From a virus (lineage: Duplodnaviria > Caudoviricetes), in the IMG/VR virus record IMGVR_UViG_3300020220_000072, positions 1-52,857 of that record: DNA of 52,857 nt; one strand, written 5' to 3'. Of the stretch, positions 10,480 through 22,600 are shown piece after piece; the first letter of the stretch is position 1, and every line of letters begins with the position of its first letter. The notes under the pieces were generated by a model, which did no database searches, had not been told where the DNA came from, and saw nothing but the letters and a program-made list of their open reading frames with translations. The translations under genes were made by a program, and so were the position numbers.

Positions 10480-10620
10480 GAAGAAGACATTTTTATTATA
10501 GAAGAAAATACTCAAGTTAGTAGTAAAATTGAACTTGATACTGTTATTTCAGTCAATCACCGTATTGACTTTGATTTTTGTGCTGAAAATACTATAAACA
10601 TTTTGACTCAAAATCAGTGA
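10477..10620 (+). CDS. Middle fragment of gp7-like protein, 47 aa (MEEDIFIIEENTQVSSKIELDTVISVNHRIDFDFCAENTINILTQNQ)
   Basis: ATG 10477, TGA 10618-20; DFDFCAEN resembles the DFDxxxEN segment I recall just before the DYxE..NRV.IDDIS motif in continuous cyanophage gp7. Confidence 0.65.
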   Translation: MEEDIFIIEENTQVSSKIELDTVISVNHRIDFDFCAENTINILTQNQ

Positions 10621-10631
10621 GGTAAATTTCA

Positions 10632-13600
10632 ATGTCATTTAAAAAAATTTCAAATGAAATTTATCTAGAAAATAAAGTTGTTAGTGATTATATAGAATGT
10701 ATTACTAATAGAGTTATTCCTATTGATGACATAAGTTTTGCCTTTAGGGATGAATCCAGACTTACAAATTTTTCTATTTTAGATAGTATAGATTTAAATT
10801 TATTTGATTCTATTAAGTATTATTTTTTAATTTATAACGTTAGATTTACTGGAGAAAGTCAATTAATTCAAATAAATTTTACCCATGATGGAGTAAATGG
10901 ATTTTTAGTTCCATTCGGAAGAATAGAATCGTTATATGATCTAGGAAATTTCGAATTTAGTCTTTCAGAAACATCATCAAATACCGGACAATTACTTTTT
11001 TATCCATCAAATCCAATTTTCAGTAGTTATTCAATTCGATCTGTAAAAATACCATTTTTAAGCAATGTTGGAGTTGGCACTACTGGAATAACTATTGGAA
11101 ATTCGTTTAGTATTCAATCAACCAATACTGGTATCACTTCTTCAGTTTCTCCAACTCCAGTTGGAATTGTATCATTCTCTGCATCCGAATTTACATCTTC
11201 AAAATTTTCTATTCAAGTTAAAGATTTAGAAAACACATCAATAAAACAATTTAATGAATTTATTTTAGTTCAAGATGGTGCATCATCGATTCTCCATAAT
11301 TTAGATTATGGGACAATTAATACAGATAATCCACTGTTTGAATCATCATCAATTGGTCTCGGAACATTTGGATCATCTATTTCTGGTGGAAATGTATTTT
11401 TAGAATTTACTCCAATTGAAAATAAAACCCTCAGTGTAAGCGTTTTTCAAACATCAATTGATAGTTCTAAAACTGGAATAAGTAGTTTAGCAATTGGTGA
11501 AGCAAAGTACTTAACCTCATATACATCAATAGCATCCACCTCATCACCTATACCAACAAGATTAAGTGGATTTAGCAGTTCAATTTATAATGCTGCCGAT
11601 TATTTCATAGAAATTAAAAATGTAACCGATAGTACATTTGAATCATCTCAGATTTTACTATTGCATAATACATCTAATATTTTTTATAGTGAATTTGCTA
11701 ATGTATCTACTTCATCTGGAATTGGATCTTTTTCAGCACAATTTAATGGATCTGAGGTCGAACTTTTATTTACACCACCACAAAATAAAGCAGTAGAAGC
11801 AAGAATAATTCAATTAAATTTACCCAATCAATCATCAGTAGGAATTACATCCTTTCAAAATAATCAAATACAAAGTTTTGATGCAACATACCTCGCATCA
11901 AATGATGATACTTCAAGAACATTTAATTTAAAACATAAAGGAGATGACCTTTTTTATAAGGAATTTGTAGGATCTAGTTCAACCGTAGTTGATACCACAA
12001 ATGATGTAATCACGATCAAAAATCACTTTTTTACTACCGGAGAACCAATTTTATATTTGCCACCAAAAGATATTGCTACTGCATCTTTAATTCAAAATGC
12101 TAGAATAGGTATAGCAACGACATCAATTGCTGGTATAGGAACAACAGATAAACTTCCTTCAAATTTATATGCTGTAAAAATTTCCGAAACTAAGTTCAAA
12201 GTTGCAGACACTGCAGAAAAGGCACTTGCTATTCCACCAATAACAATTGATATTTCAAATTTAGCACCAATCACAGATTTAAAGCATTCATTTGAAAGCT
12301 CAGTAAACGCTACAACAAAATCAATAATTTCTATTGATAATACAATTCAGTCTCCACTTACCAAAACAAATTTATCATTTAGTTTGGGTGAAAATATTAC
12401 TGATTTCCAACCATCATTTTCTGTTGTTGGTGTGGTATCATTTTTTGCAGGTGATTTGTTAAGAATTGAAGAAGAATACATGAGAGTTAAAACCATTTTT
12501 GAAAATGTCGTAAATGTTGATAGAGGATGGCTTAATTCCACATATTCACCACATTCAATTGGTTCAACCATAACAAAATACATCGGTGACTATCTAATTG
12601 CTAAAAATAAAATTTCATTTTCAGATCCTCCCAAAGGATTAAAAGGATTTTCTGGCATTCAAACATCTTCTTCATTTGCTGGTAGAGTATTTTTTAGGCA
12701 AAATTCTGAGGATTCATCAACACAATCATACGCAGAAAATTATCTTTTTGATAATATTGCTGAGCAATTTAATGGAGTTACTAAAATTTTCAATTTGACA
12801 GAAGATCAACAAAATGTAACTGGAATTTCAACTTATGGTGGAATTATTTTAATTAATCAAGTTCTACAACATTCTCCAGAAAATTATGTTTTGGGTGAAA
12901 ATAGTGGAATCACTACAATAACATTTGTTGGCACAGCTTCCTCAACAAACTACGATGTAAATACAGCAAGCATTCCAAAAGGTGGAATTATAGTATCTGT
13001 GGCAAGTAGTGTTTCTTATGGATATCAATCATTAGTTGCAGCTGGTGGCACGGCAATTATTTCTGGCATTGGATCAATTTCATCTATTTCGATAGGAAAT
13101 AGTGGATCTGGTTATAGATCTGGTATACAAACTAGTGTCATAGTAAAAGCAATAACAAATTCTGGTATTATTACTGTTGGAAATGCAAACGTTTCATCCG
13201 GTATAGTTACTTCAGTAACTATAACAAATGCAGGAAGTGGATATACATCTTCAAATCCACCAAAAATTGTAATAGATGATCCTCTTCCATATGCAAATTT
13301 ACCTTTAATAGGCAGTGCAACAGGAATTGGTGGTTCAGTGTCTATTGTTGTCGGATCTGCTTCAAGTATTGTTAATTTCGAAATAACAAACTATGGAAGT
13401 AATTATAAAGTTGGAGATGAATTAACCATAGAATCTGGAGGATCTGTTGGTGTTCCAACAGATCCTATAGTTGGAGTTGCTTTCTCTTCATTTAGATTGT
13501 CTGTAACCAGAACTTATGATGATTCATTTAGTGGATGGAGTCTTGGAGAACTTTTAAGATTAGATTCAATTTCTGATCAATTTGATGGAATGGAAACTGT

Positions 13601-15101
13601 ATTTAAAATCACAGAACAAAATGGAATTCCATTTTCATATGCAGCAACAAAAGGTTCTCAAATTTTCATAGATCAAAATTTCTTAGTTTTTGTAAATGAT
13701 GTATTACAAATACCAATAGAAAGTTATAAAATTATTGGTGGATTAATACGATTTACTGAGGCACCAGTTGCAGATGATACCTGTCAGATTTATTTTTATA
13801 AAGGTTCTGATTCTGATGTAAAGTCTAAAAAAATAATTTCTCCTATAAAAATTGGAGATAACATAAAAATTTCAAATTTTCCGGAGTCTAATAATTTTGA
13901 AGACTATCAAACTGAAAGAACTATTGTTGGTATAGAAACTAGAACTACAAATATTTTTAACACAAATACTTATGGTGGAGATGGAATTTCAAATTCCAAG
14001 GATTATTTGAGACCTTTAGATTTATTAAAGCAATCATCAGACTTAATTATAAATGGTATTGAATTGCCAAAGGATAGACCTTTGATATCTTCTAGAATTT
14101 ATCCAGTTTGCTATTTAATTAATAATGTTAGCTCTGCTTCAACTGAAATTTTTGTAAATTATCTTGTGCCTCTTTTTAATGAATATGATGATTATCCAAA
14201 AAATTTATCAAAAATAAAAATAATCAAACAGCAAGAAAAATCTGGAGCAATTGCAACTGCGATTGTATCAGGAATTGGTTCAATTTCATCAATTAAAATT
14301 AATGACGGTGGAATTGGTTTCAGCACTTCACCAGTTGTATCAATCGCTTCAACAATTGGAGTAGGAACTGTTAATGACGGTATTGTTGTTTATACTTCTA
14401 ACGCATCAGCAACGGCAATTATTTCTGGAGTTGGAACAGTTTCGTCAGTACAAATAGTAAATGGTGGTCTTGGATATACTTCATCAAATCCACCAAAAGT
14501 TTTAATAGAGTCCGAAGCACAATTTTCAGAGTCAATTAGAAATCTAAGTTACGAAGGAGATTTTGGAATTATTACGGGTATTGCTTCCACATCAATCGTA
14601 GGTATTGCTACAACCGGTATTAATTTTGATTTGTTTGTACCAATTGATTCACCTCTTAGAGATTCTTCTCTTATGACAACTGCTATTGAATATAGCGGTA
14701 TCAAAACTGGGTATTACTTTGTGGTTACTGATTCAAATTTAAATTCTCCAAACATTTCATATTCTTCAGCATCTGGATCATCTGGAACAATTGTTGGAGT
14801 TGGAACTACTTTTATTGATAACATTTATGAAGTTGTTGGAGTTTCTACTATCATTGGAGATGCTATTGGTATTGGATCCACAGTATTGACAAGAGTTACT
14901 GTTAGTGTTAATGATAATAGTTTAATTTCAACTGGAACTAGCGATTTCTACGGTAATTATTCTTGGGGTAGAATTTATGACTATAAACGAGAAAATCCAA
15001 AATCATTCGAATCTTATACAACTAACGGATCTATTGGAATAGAAACTGGACCATTAGTAATTAGAACAGTTGAGTTGTTAGATTCTTATGACCTATATTA
15101 G
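10632..15101 (+). CDS. gp7-like protein, C-terminal part (1489 aa)
   Basis: Starts with DYIECITNRVIPIDDIS and ends with FYGNYSWGRI; SD GAGGT at 10619-23; GSGY/GIGT repeats. Confidence 0.85.
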   Translation: MSFKKISNEIYLENKVVSDYIECITNRVIPIDDISFAFRDESRLTNFSILDSIDLNLFDSIKYYFLIYNVRFTGESQLIQINFTHDGVNGFLVPFGRIESLYDLGNFEFSLSETSSNTGQLLFYPSNPIFSSYSIRSVKIPFLSNVGVGTTGITIGNSFSIQSTNTGITSSVSPTPVGIVSFSASEFTSSKFSIQVKDLENTSIKQFNEFILVQDGASSILHNLDYGTINTDNPLFESSSIGLGTFGSSISGGNVFLEFTPIENKTLSVSVFQTSIDSSKTGISSLAIGEAKYLTSYTSIASTSSPIPTRLSGFSSSIYNAADYFIEIKNVTDSTFESSQILLLHNTSNIFYSEFANVSTSSGIGSFSAQFNGSEVELLFTPPQNKAVEARIIQLNLPNQSSVGITSFQNNQIQSFDATYLASNDDTSRTFNLKHKGDDLFYKEFVGSSSTVVDTTNDVITIKNHFFTTGEPILYLPPKDIATASLIQNARIGIATTSIAGIGTTDKLPSNLYAVKISETKFKVADTAEKALAIPPITIDISNLAPITDLKHSFESSVNATTKSIISIDNTIQSPLTKTNLSFSLGENITDFQPSFSVVGVVSFFAGDLLRIEEEYMRVKTIFENVVNVDRGWLNSTYSPHSIGSTITKYIGDYLIAKNKISFSDPPKGLKGFSGIQTSSSFAGRVFFRQNSEDSSTQSYAENYLFDNIAEQFNGVTKIFNLTEDQQNVTGISTYGGIILINQVLQHSPENYVLGENSGITTITFVGTASSTNYDVNTASIPKGGIIVSVASSVSYGYQSLVAAGGTAIISGIGSISSISIGNSGSGYRSGIQTSVIVKAITNSGIITVGNANVSSGIVTSVTITNAGSGYTSSNPPKIVIDDPLPYANLPLIGSATGIGGSVSIVVGSASSIVNFEITNYGSNYKVGDELTIESGGSVGVPTDPIVGVAFSSFRLSVTRTYDDSFSGWSLGELLRLDSISDQFDGMETVFKITEQNGIPFSYAATKGSQIFIDQNFLVFVNDVLQIPIESYKIIGGLIRFTEAPVADDTCQIYFYKGSDSDVKSKKIISPIKIGDNIKISNFPESNNFEDYQTERTIVGIETRTTNIFNTNTYGGDGISNSKDYLRPLDLLKQSSDLIINGIELPKDRPLISSRIYPVCYLINNVSSASTEIFVNYLVPLFNEYDDYPKNLSKIKIIKQQEKSGAIATAIVSGIGSISSIKINDGGIGFSTSPVVSIASTIGVGTVNDGIVVYTSNASATAIISGVGTVSSVQIVNGGLGYTSSNPPKVLIESEAQFSESIRNLSYEGDFGIITGIASTSIVGIATTGINFDLFVPIDSPLRDSSLMTTAIEYSGIKTGYYFVVTDSNLNSPNISYSSASGSSGTIVGVGTTFIDNIYEVVGVSTIIGDAIGIGSTVLTRVTVSVNDNSLISTGTSDFYGNYSWGRIYDYKRENPKSFESYTTNGSIGIETGPLVIRTVELLDSYDLY

Positions 15102-15107
15102 ATAGAG

Positions 15108-15115
15108 CATAAATA
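15108..15115 (+). promoter_or_regulatory. Late promoter
   Basis: CATAAATA in the intergenic gap before gp8. Confidence 0.75.
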
Positions 15116-15136
15116 AAAACAAAAAGTATAATTAAA

Positions 15137-16693
15137 ATGCCTGCAATTATTACTGATCAATTTCGTATTAAAAGTGCAGAATCTTTTGTTTCAGGTATCA
15201 CTGGAATAGGTTCTACTTCTAATAATTATTATTTGTGGATTGGGTTGCCAAATTCCTCAGAAATTTCAGCAACATGGGACGATAATCCACCAGCACCAAA
15301 GGATGCAATTGCTGAAGAAAATGATTATTGGGATACAATGATGGCATTAAAAAAAATTAATGCCGATGATGTAGTCAGAGTAGTAAGAAAGAATGTTTGG
15401 AGGTCTGGAACATTTTATGACTATTATAGACATGATTATAGTAGAACAAACTTATCCAATGTGACCTCGGCAACAAATTTGTATAGTGCAAATTATTATG
15501 TTGTAAACTCCGACTATAGAGTATATATTTGTCTACAGAATGGGACTGATCCAGAAAATCCTCTTGGCAGACCTTCTTTAGATGAACCAACATTCACTGA
15601 TTTAGAACCAAGGTCTGCTGGAACTAGCGGTGATGGATACATTTGGAAATATCTTTATACTATTAAGCCGAGTGAAATTATAAAGTTTGATTCAACAAAT
15701 TTTATGCCAGTTCCAAATAATTGGGAAACTGGGGCACAATATCAAGCAGTAAGGAATAATGCTTTAGATAGTGGTCAAATTAAAATTATTACAATTAAAA
15801 ACCGTGGAGTTGGATATGGAACTGCTGCAACATACAATAATGTGCCTATTAGTGGAGATGGTAAAGATGCCACATGTTCAGTTATTGTTAATAGCGCAGG
15901 AACCATTGATGCAGTAGAAATTACAAATGGTGGAGTTGATTATACATTTGGAACCGTTGATTTAGATGTTGCAGGAATTACTAATGGTGGATCTACTGAT
16001 GCTGAGATGGAAGTTATTATTCCACCATCTCAAGGGCATGGATATGATGTTTACAAAGAACTCGGAGCATATCGGGTTTTAATTTATTCTAGATTGGAGA
16101 ATGATACTTTAAATCCAGATTTTATTGTTGGAAATCAATTTTCAAGAGTAGGAATAGTGAAAAATCCTATTGCATATAATTCTACCGAATTATTAAATTT
16201 ATCAAAGGCAAGTTCTGTCTATGCATTAAAGTTAAGTGGATCAAATGTTACTACAACATCTTTCACTCCAGACTCATACATTCGTCAAACAGTTGGATCT
16301 GGAGTTACTGCTGTTGGTAGAGTTATTTCATGGACATCATCTACAGGTATTTTAAAATATTGGCAAGATAAAAAATTGGCAAGTGGTGCTACGGCAACAT
16401 ATGGGTATAAATTACAAAGATTTACATCTTCACCAGAATCTGGTGGAAATACTACAATTTTAGGTGGATCTAATAGTTTAACAATTGACACAAATTTTGG
16501 AACAACATCAGAACCAGGTATTAAAACTACAATAAATAGTAAGACATATTATTTGGGTCAAGGTTTTGTTAATGGAATTGCAAATCCAGAAGTTAAAAAG
16601 TATAATGGTGAAATTGTTTATGTTGACAATCGTGCAGCAGTAACTAGATCTTCCACACAAAAAGAAGACATCAAAATTGTATTGGAATTTTAA
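15137..16693 (+). CDS. gp8: Baseplate wedge subunit gp8
   Basis: MPAIITDQFRI, YRVYICLQN, DGYIWKYLYTI, C-terminal QKEDIKIVLEF. Confidence 0.95.
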   Translation: MPAIITDQFRIKSAESFVSGITGIGSTSNNYYLWIGLPNSSEISATWDDNPPAPKDAIAEENDYWDTMMALKKINADDVVRVVRKNVWRSGTFYDYYRHDYSRTNLSNVTSATNLYSANYYVVNSDYRVYICLQNGTDPENPLGRPSLDEPTFTDLEPRSAGTSGDGYIWKYLYTIKPSEIIKFDSTNFMPVPNNWETGAQYQAVRNNALDSGQIKIITIKNRGVGYGTAATYNNVPISGDGKDATCSVIVNSAGTIDAVEITNGGVDYTFGTVDLDVAGITNGGSTDAEMEVIIPPSQGHGYDVYKELGAYRVLIYSRLENDTLNPDFIVGNQFSRVGIVKNPIAYNSTELLNLSKASSVYALKLSGSNVTTTSFTPDSYIRQTVGSGVTAVGRVISWTSSTGILKYWQDKKLASGATATYGYKLQRFTSSPESGGNTTILGGSNSLTIDTNFGTTSEPGIKTTINSKTYYLGQGFVNGIANPEVKKYNGEIVYVDNRAAVTRSSTQKEDIKIVLEF

Positions 16694-16699
16694 ACTACC

Positions 16700-19600
16700 A
16701 TGCCACAGGAAACTAATCTTAACAATAGTCCTTATTTTGACGATTTTAATCGTGACAATGAATACTATAGGGTTCTGTTTAAGCCCGGACTTCCAGTACA
16801 ATCTAGAGAATTAACAACTCTTCAATCTATTCTTCAAAATCAAATTGAACAATTTGGAAAACATTTCTTCAAGGAAGGTTCAAAAATTATTCCAGGAAAT
16901 TTGACATATGACAATGAATTTTATGCTGTTCAAATAGAACCAACTTCTTCTGGAATTGATGTTGAATTATATTTAAATCAACTCGTTGGCAAACAAATAC
17001 AAGGGTTGTCATCGGGTGTAACTGCCACTGTAAGAAAAGTCTTGTCATCTGCCGATTCTGAAAGAGGGACGAATACCCTTTACATTCAGTATCGTGGTTC
17101 TAATTCAACAAATCAATCAATTAGAGAATTTTCAAATGCTGAGCAGTTAGTCTGCACTTCTTTGATTCGTTTTGGATTAAGATCAATTCCAGCAAATCAA
17201 CCATTTGCGACTACTATTTCATCAAATGCAACGTCGATTGCTTCAGCAATGTCTGTTGGTGATGGTGTTTATTTTGTTAGAGGAACTTTTGTTGAAGTTC
17301 AAAAACAAACAATTTTATTAGATCAATATTCCCCAAATCCATCCTATAGAGTTGGATTTGATGTAGTTGAAAGAATTGTAACTGCAGATGAAGACCCAAA
17401 ATTAAATGATAACGCACAAGGATTTTCAAATTATACTGCCCCTGGAGCGGATAGATTAAAAATTAGTTTGATTTTTTCAAAAAGATCTTTAGAATCTTTT
17501 GAAGACAAAGATTTTGTTGAGATTGCTAGAGTAGAAGATGGCATACTTCAATCGTTCAAAAAAGATACTCAATATAGTTTAATTCGAGATGAATTAGCCA
17601 AAAGAACTTTTGATGAATCTGGTGATTATTATATAAAACCATTTGACGTATTTGTTAAAGAATCTCTTAATGATAGAGAAGGTAGTAGAGGAGTATATTT
17701 ACCATCACAAAAGACAGATCAAGGAAATACTCCATCAGACAATTTATTAGCAGTTGAAATTTCTCCAGGAAAAGCATACGTAAAAGGATATGATATTGAA
17801 AAAATAGCATCTTCAATTTTAGATGTTCCGAAAGCAAGAGATACGAAACAAGTTAAAAATTTAACGGTAGGTATAAATTGTGGTACTGATATTTTATTAA
17901 ATAATGTTTATGGATCTGCTTCAATAGGAATAGGAACTACTGCAAAAGTAGAGTTATTAAGCAATAGAATGGTGGGATCATCTTATCATTCTACAGGAAT
18001 TCCAATAGGTGAGGCAAGAGTTTATGATTTTAATTTAAATAAAGTTTCATATTTAAATCAAGCAACACCATTTAAAATTTCTTTATTTGATATTGAAGTT
18101 TATACACAACTTGAATTAAATTCAAATATTTCTCTTAATGAATCCGATTTTATTGAAGGGAATCGAAGTGGTGCTAGTGGGTTTGTTGTGTCTGCAACAT
18201 CAAATTCAAAAACGGTAAAGTTAACAAGCACCGTTGGTGAATTTTATAGAAATGAACAGATAAAAATTAATGGAATTATTAATTCAAGAATTATTCTTAA
18301 AGCAATAGATTATAACATTAATGATGTTAAAGCACTCAGAAGTTCTGTAGGTATAGTAACTTTTTCTGCAGACACTTCATTATCCAAGGAAAAATCATTA
18401 AACATTCAAAATTCTTCTACATATTTTATTACAAAAACAGGATCAAATTCTGGAATAATTACTGCACCAACTAGAGTTTTTAGTGGCATTGTAACTTCAG
18501 GAGACATTCTTTCATATAGAATTTCTGGATTAAAAGTTCCAACCTTTAATGTTGTAACTGGAATCTCAACAGATGGAGATACAATCAATGTTAGTGGTGT
18601 TTCAACTATTGCCAATGTGTGCGATGGAGCAGTTCAGGCAGGAACAATAAACAATTTGGTTTTATCATCACCCTTAATTGATGAGGGAGATAATAGTTTA
18701 ACAACTCCACTTCCACACAATAACATTAAAGATGTTGATATTACATCATCGCAAATTCAAATCAGAAAAAGATTTGACAATCTTACAATTTCTTTAAGTT
18801 CATTTACAACTCCTTCTGCAGGAACCGATTTACTTTTTCAACCATTCACAATAGATAGATACTTCATTAGCTATGATGATGGAACTATTGAAAATTTAAC
18901 TCCAGACAAATTTTCAATCTCTGAAAATAAAAAAACAGTCACATTTAAAGGTTTATCAAAATCAACCGGTAAAGCAGATTTACTTGCAACTTTACTTAAG
19001 AATAAAATTAGATTAAAAGAAAAAACTTTACAAAAAGCATCAACTTTAGTCCTTACAAGATCCCAGTTAACTTCATCAAAAAATAGTGTTGATGGATTAA
19101 CTTTTAATAGAATCTACGGAACTAGAATTCAAGATCAAAAAATTAGTTTAAATGTTTGTGATGCTGTAGAACTTCTTGGAGTTTTTGAATCTGATAGTAA
19201 TTCAAATCCAGATTTACCAGGTTGTGTTCTAACATCGTTTACTGGTCCAACGGCGAATACATCTGGAGTTTTAATTGGAGAAAAAATTATTGGTGAAAAT
19301 AGTGATGCTGTAGCAATAATTGCAGAAAAACCAAGTTTAAGTTCAGTGGGATTTGTCTATTTAAATAATAATGTTTTTTCTGTTGGTGAAAAAGTTACAT
19401 TTGAAAATTCAGGAATAACTGCTTTAGTTTCCTCCTGCTCCAAAGGAGATAAAAACATAACAAACTATTATTCTTTATCAACTGGTATTCAACCAACATT
19501 CTATGATTACAGTTATATAACTAGAAAAAAAGATTCTCCAATTCCATCCAGAAGACTAAAAATTGTATTCAATCATTTTATTGTTGAACAATCTGATAAT

Positions 19601-22600
19601 GGTGACTTTTTTACAGCATCAAGTTATGCAGAAAGTGATAGAAAGTATCTTGCTCTCGAAACGGTTCTTCCAAAAAAACAAGATTCTTTAATAGACATTA
19701 GACCTAGAGTATCTGATTATTCATTATCATCTTCATTCTCACCATTCGATTTTGATGGAAGATCTTTTACTTCTCCTGGAGCAAGCATTTCAGATCCTCT
19801 CTCAAACGATGAATATTTAATTTTAGACTATGATTACTATCTTTCTAGAATTGATAAAGTATACATTGATAAAGACGGAAAATTTTTACATCAAAAAGGT
19901 AGTTCTGGATTAAATCCTTCTGCACCAAAAAGTCTAGATGAAGCATTAGAATTAGCAACATTGGAAATTCCTGCTTACACTTATTCTGCATCTGATGTTG
20001 TAGTATCAAAAACTCCACATAAACGATATAGAATGTCAGATATTGCTAAGTTGGAGGATAGAATTTCAAACATTGAATACTATACACAATTAAGTTTGCT
20101 AGAAACTGAGACTGCAAATTTAAAAATAACTGATGCATCTGGATTAGACAGATTTAAATCAGGATTTTTTGTAGATAACTTTAGATCTCATGAGAGTCAT
20201 GATTTATCACATCCAGATTTTGAGGCATCCATTGATAAAACAAATGGAGAATTGAGACCATCACACTATACTACTGCTATTGACTTATTAGTTGGATCAG
20301 AGTCTTTAATAGGAATAGGAAGCACTGCAAATCCAGATGTAGATGCCAACTTTATTAATGACATTGATGGATCAAATATTAAAAAGAGTGGAAGAATTTT
20401 AACACTTAATTATACTGAAGTTCCTGTAGTTACTCAAAGATATGCATCAAGAGTTGAAAATGTAAATCCATTTTTGATTGTCTTCTATCAAGGAACATTA
20501 GAATTAAGTCCCCAATCTGATGTATGGATTGATCAAAAACGAATTTCTGCATTAAATCCACAGTTAACTAAATTTTATGACGATACAATTAAGGAATTAG
20601 GAGTAAATCCACAAACTGGATTTGCTCCTACGGAATGGGGATCATGGGAAACTTATTGGTCTTCAACAAAAGTAACTAACACAAGAGAAGTACCAGGATC
20701 TAGACTAACTTCAACCAGTACTTTTGAATGGGCTAATGACCGGGGCTCAGGGATTACGCGAACGGAAGCTATTGATCTCATGAAACAAAGTGGAATTCTT
20801 CTCCCTATTTCTAATAACACTTTTATTCCATGGGTTGGAAGACGTGGTGAAACTGACATAAGAACTACCACAGCATTAATTGAAACTACAAATACTACAA
20901 CGACCAAACAATCAAGAGATGGAATTCAAACTCAAGTAACACCTTCTATAGAAACAGTAAATCTTGGAGACAGAATCGTAAGTAGAGATATTATACCATA
21001 CATGCGTTCTAGAAATATTGAATTTAGAATTAGTAGATTAAAACCAAGTACAAGATTTTATGTATTTTTTGATGGCATTGATGTTACAAAGTATTGTACT
21101 CCCAAATTTATAGAAATTTCAATGAGATCTGGAAGTTCTCCTTTCAGAATTGGTGAAATTGTGGAAGCAAAATTAGACATTGATGGAGATAAAAAATTAG
21201 ATTTGATGACTTTTAGAGTTGCTCATCCTCAGCATCTTGAAGGTCGTTATAATTCACCAACAGATTTTGTTGGAGATAATCCCTACAATGATGGAACTTC
21301 AATTGGCAATGTTTATACATCAACATCAAATGTTTTGAATGTAGACATTTTCAGTCTTTCTAGTCAAATTACAGAATTTAATGGATATTTGGTAAAAGGT
21401 ATAAAATTAAGAGGTAAAACAAGTGGTGCTGAAGCAACTGTTAGAAATTTAAGATTGATTAGTGATGATGTTGGGGATTTGTATGGAAGCTTATTCATTC
21501 CAAATCCAAATTTACCAGGAAATCCAAGATGGGAAACTGGATCAAAAACAATAAGATTTACAACAAGTCCCACAAATTCAAAAGTTGGTGGAATTGTTCA
21601 AAGTTCTGCTGAAGCAACTTTCTATTCTCAGGGAGAGCAGGATACTGTTCAGCAGACAACTTTGAGCGTTAAATTGCCAATTGTAGAGCAGATTCAAAGA
21701 CAAGATACTAGAACAATAACTACAACTGATAAGAAAGTAGAAAGAGACATTGTAGCACAATCATCAACGACTTACTATGATCCCCTTGCACAATCATTTG
21801 CAGTTGATGAAGCAACTGGAATATTTGTAACATCTGTTGATGTTTACTTCAGAACAAAAGATACTAAATTACCTGTATCTTTACAAATTAGGGAAATGAG
21901 AGGTGGTACTCCAACCACTACAATTTTACCATTCTCGGTGGTAAAAATGATGCCAAATAAAATAAATGTTTCTGAGAATGCATCTGTTCCAACTAAATTT
22001 ACATTTAGTTCTCCAGTTTATCTCAAAGGACCAAATGTTGAATATGCGGTTGTTTTAGTATCACCATCAGATAAGTATGAAGCTTGGATTTCTAGAATGG
22101 GGGAAATTGACATCTCCACACTTAATCAACCAAATAGAGGTCAGTTGGTTATTACTCAACAACCTTATCTTGGATCTTTATTCAAATCTCAAAATGGATC
22201 TACTTGGGATCCAAGTCAATTGGAAGATTTGAAATTAACAATTTATAAAGCTCAATTCGACATTACACCAGGAATTGTTAGATTCTATAACCCAAAGTTG
22301 CACAAAGGAAATAAGCAACTAATTCAATTAGACAATAATCCAATTCAAACTTTATCAAGAAGAGCAGTTGTTGGATTAGGAACAACTTTTATAAATGGAG
22401 ATTTAGTTCCTGGTGTAACGGTTTCTCAACAGGGAAATACAACTGCTAAAGGTATTTTGGTTTCAACTGCGAGTGCTGTTGCCACTGGATCTACATCTTT
22501 AATCATAACCAATGCTGGAATTGGTTATACACCATCATCTGGAACAGAAACCTTTAATAATATTTCTTTAGTTGTAGTCAGAAATGCAAATGAAGAATCT

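Noticed and set aside
10446-10620. Stop-codon reassignment or readthrough as the explanation for the split
   Set aside because: TAG is followed by TAA TAA in frame, the middle piece is in another frame, and all three stop codons end normal genes elsewhere in the window
10617-10629. 13-nt identity GTGAGGTAAATTT with 48568-48580 as a mobile element
   Set aside because: Most simply a preferred stop + SD (GAGGT) junction; GAGGTAAA also precedes gp23
10449-10631. Group I/II intron or intein explaining the gp7 split
   Set aside because: Spacers of 28 and 11 nt are far too short for a ribozyme core, and no intein motifs are present
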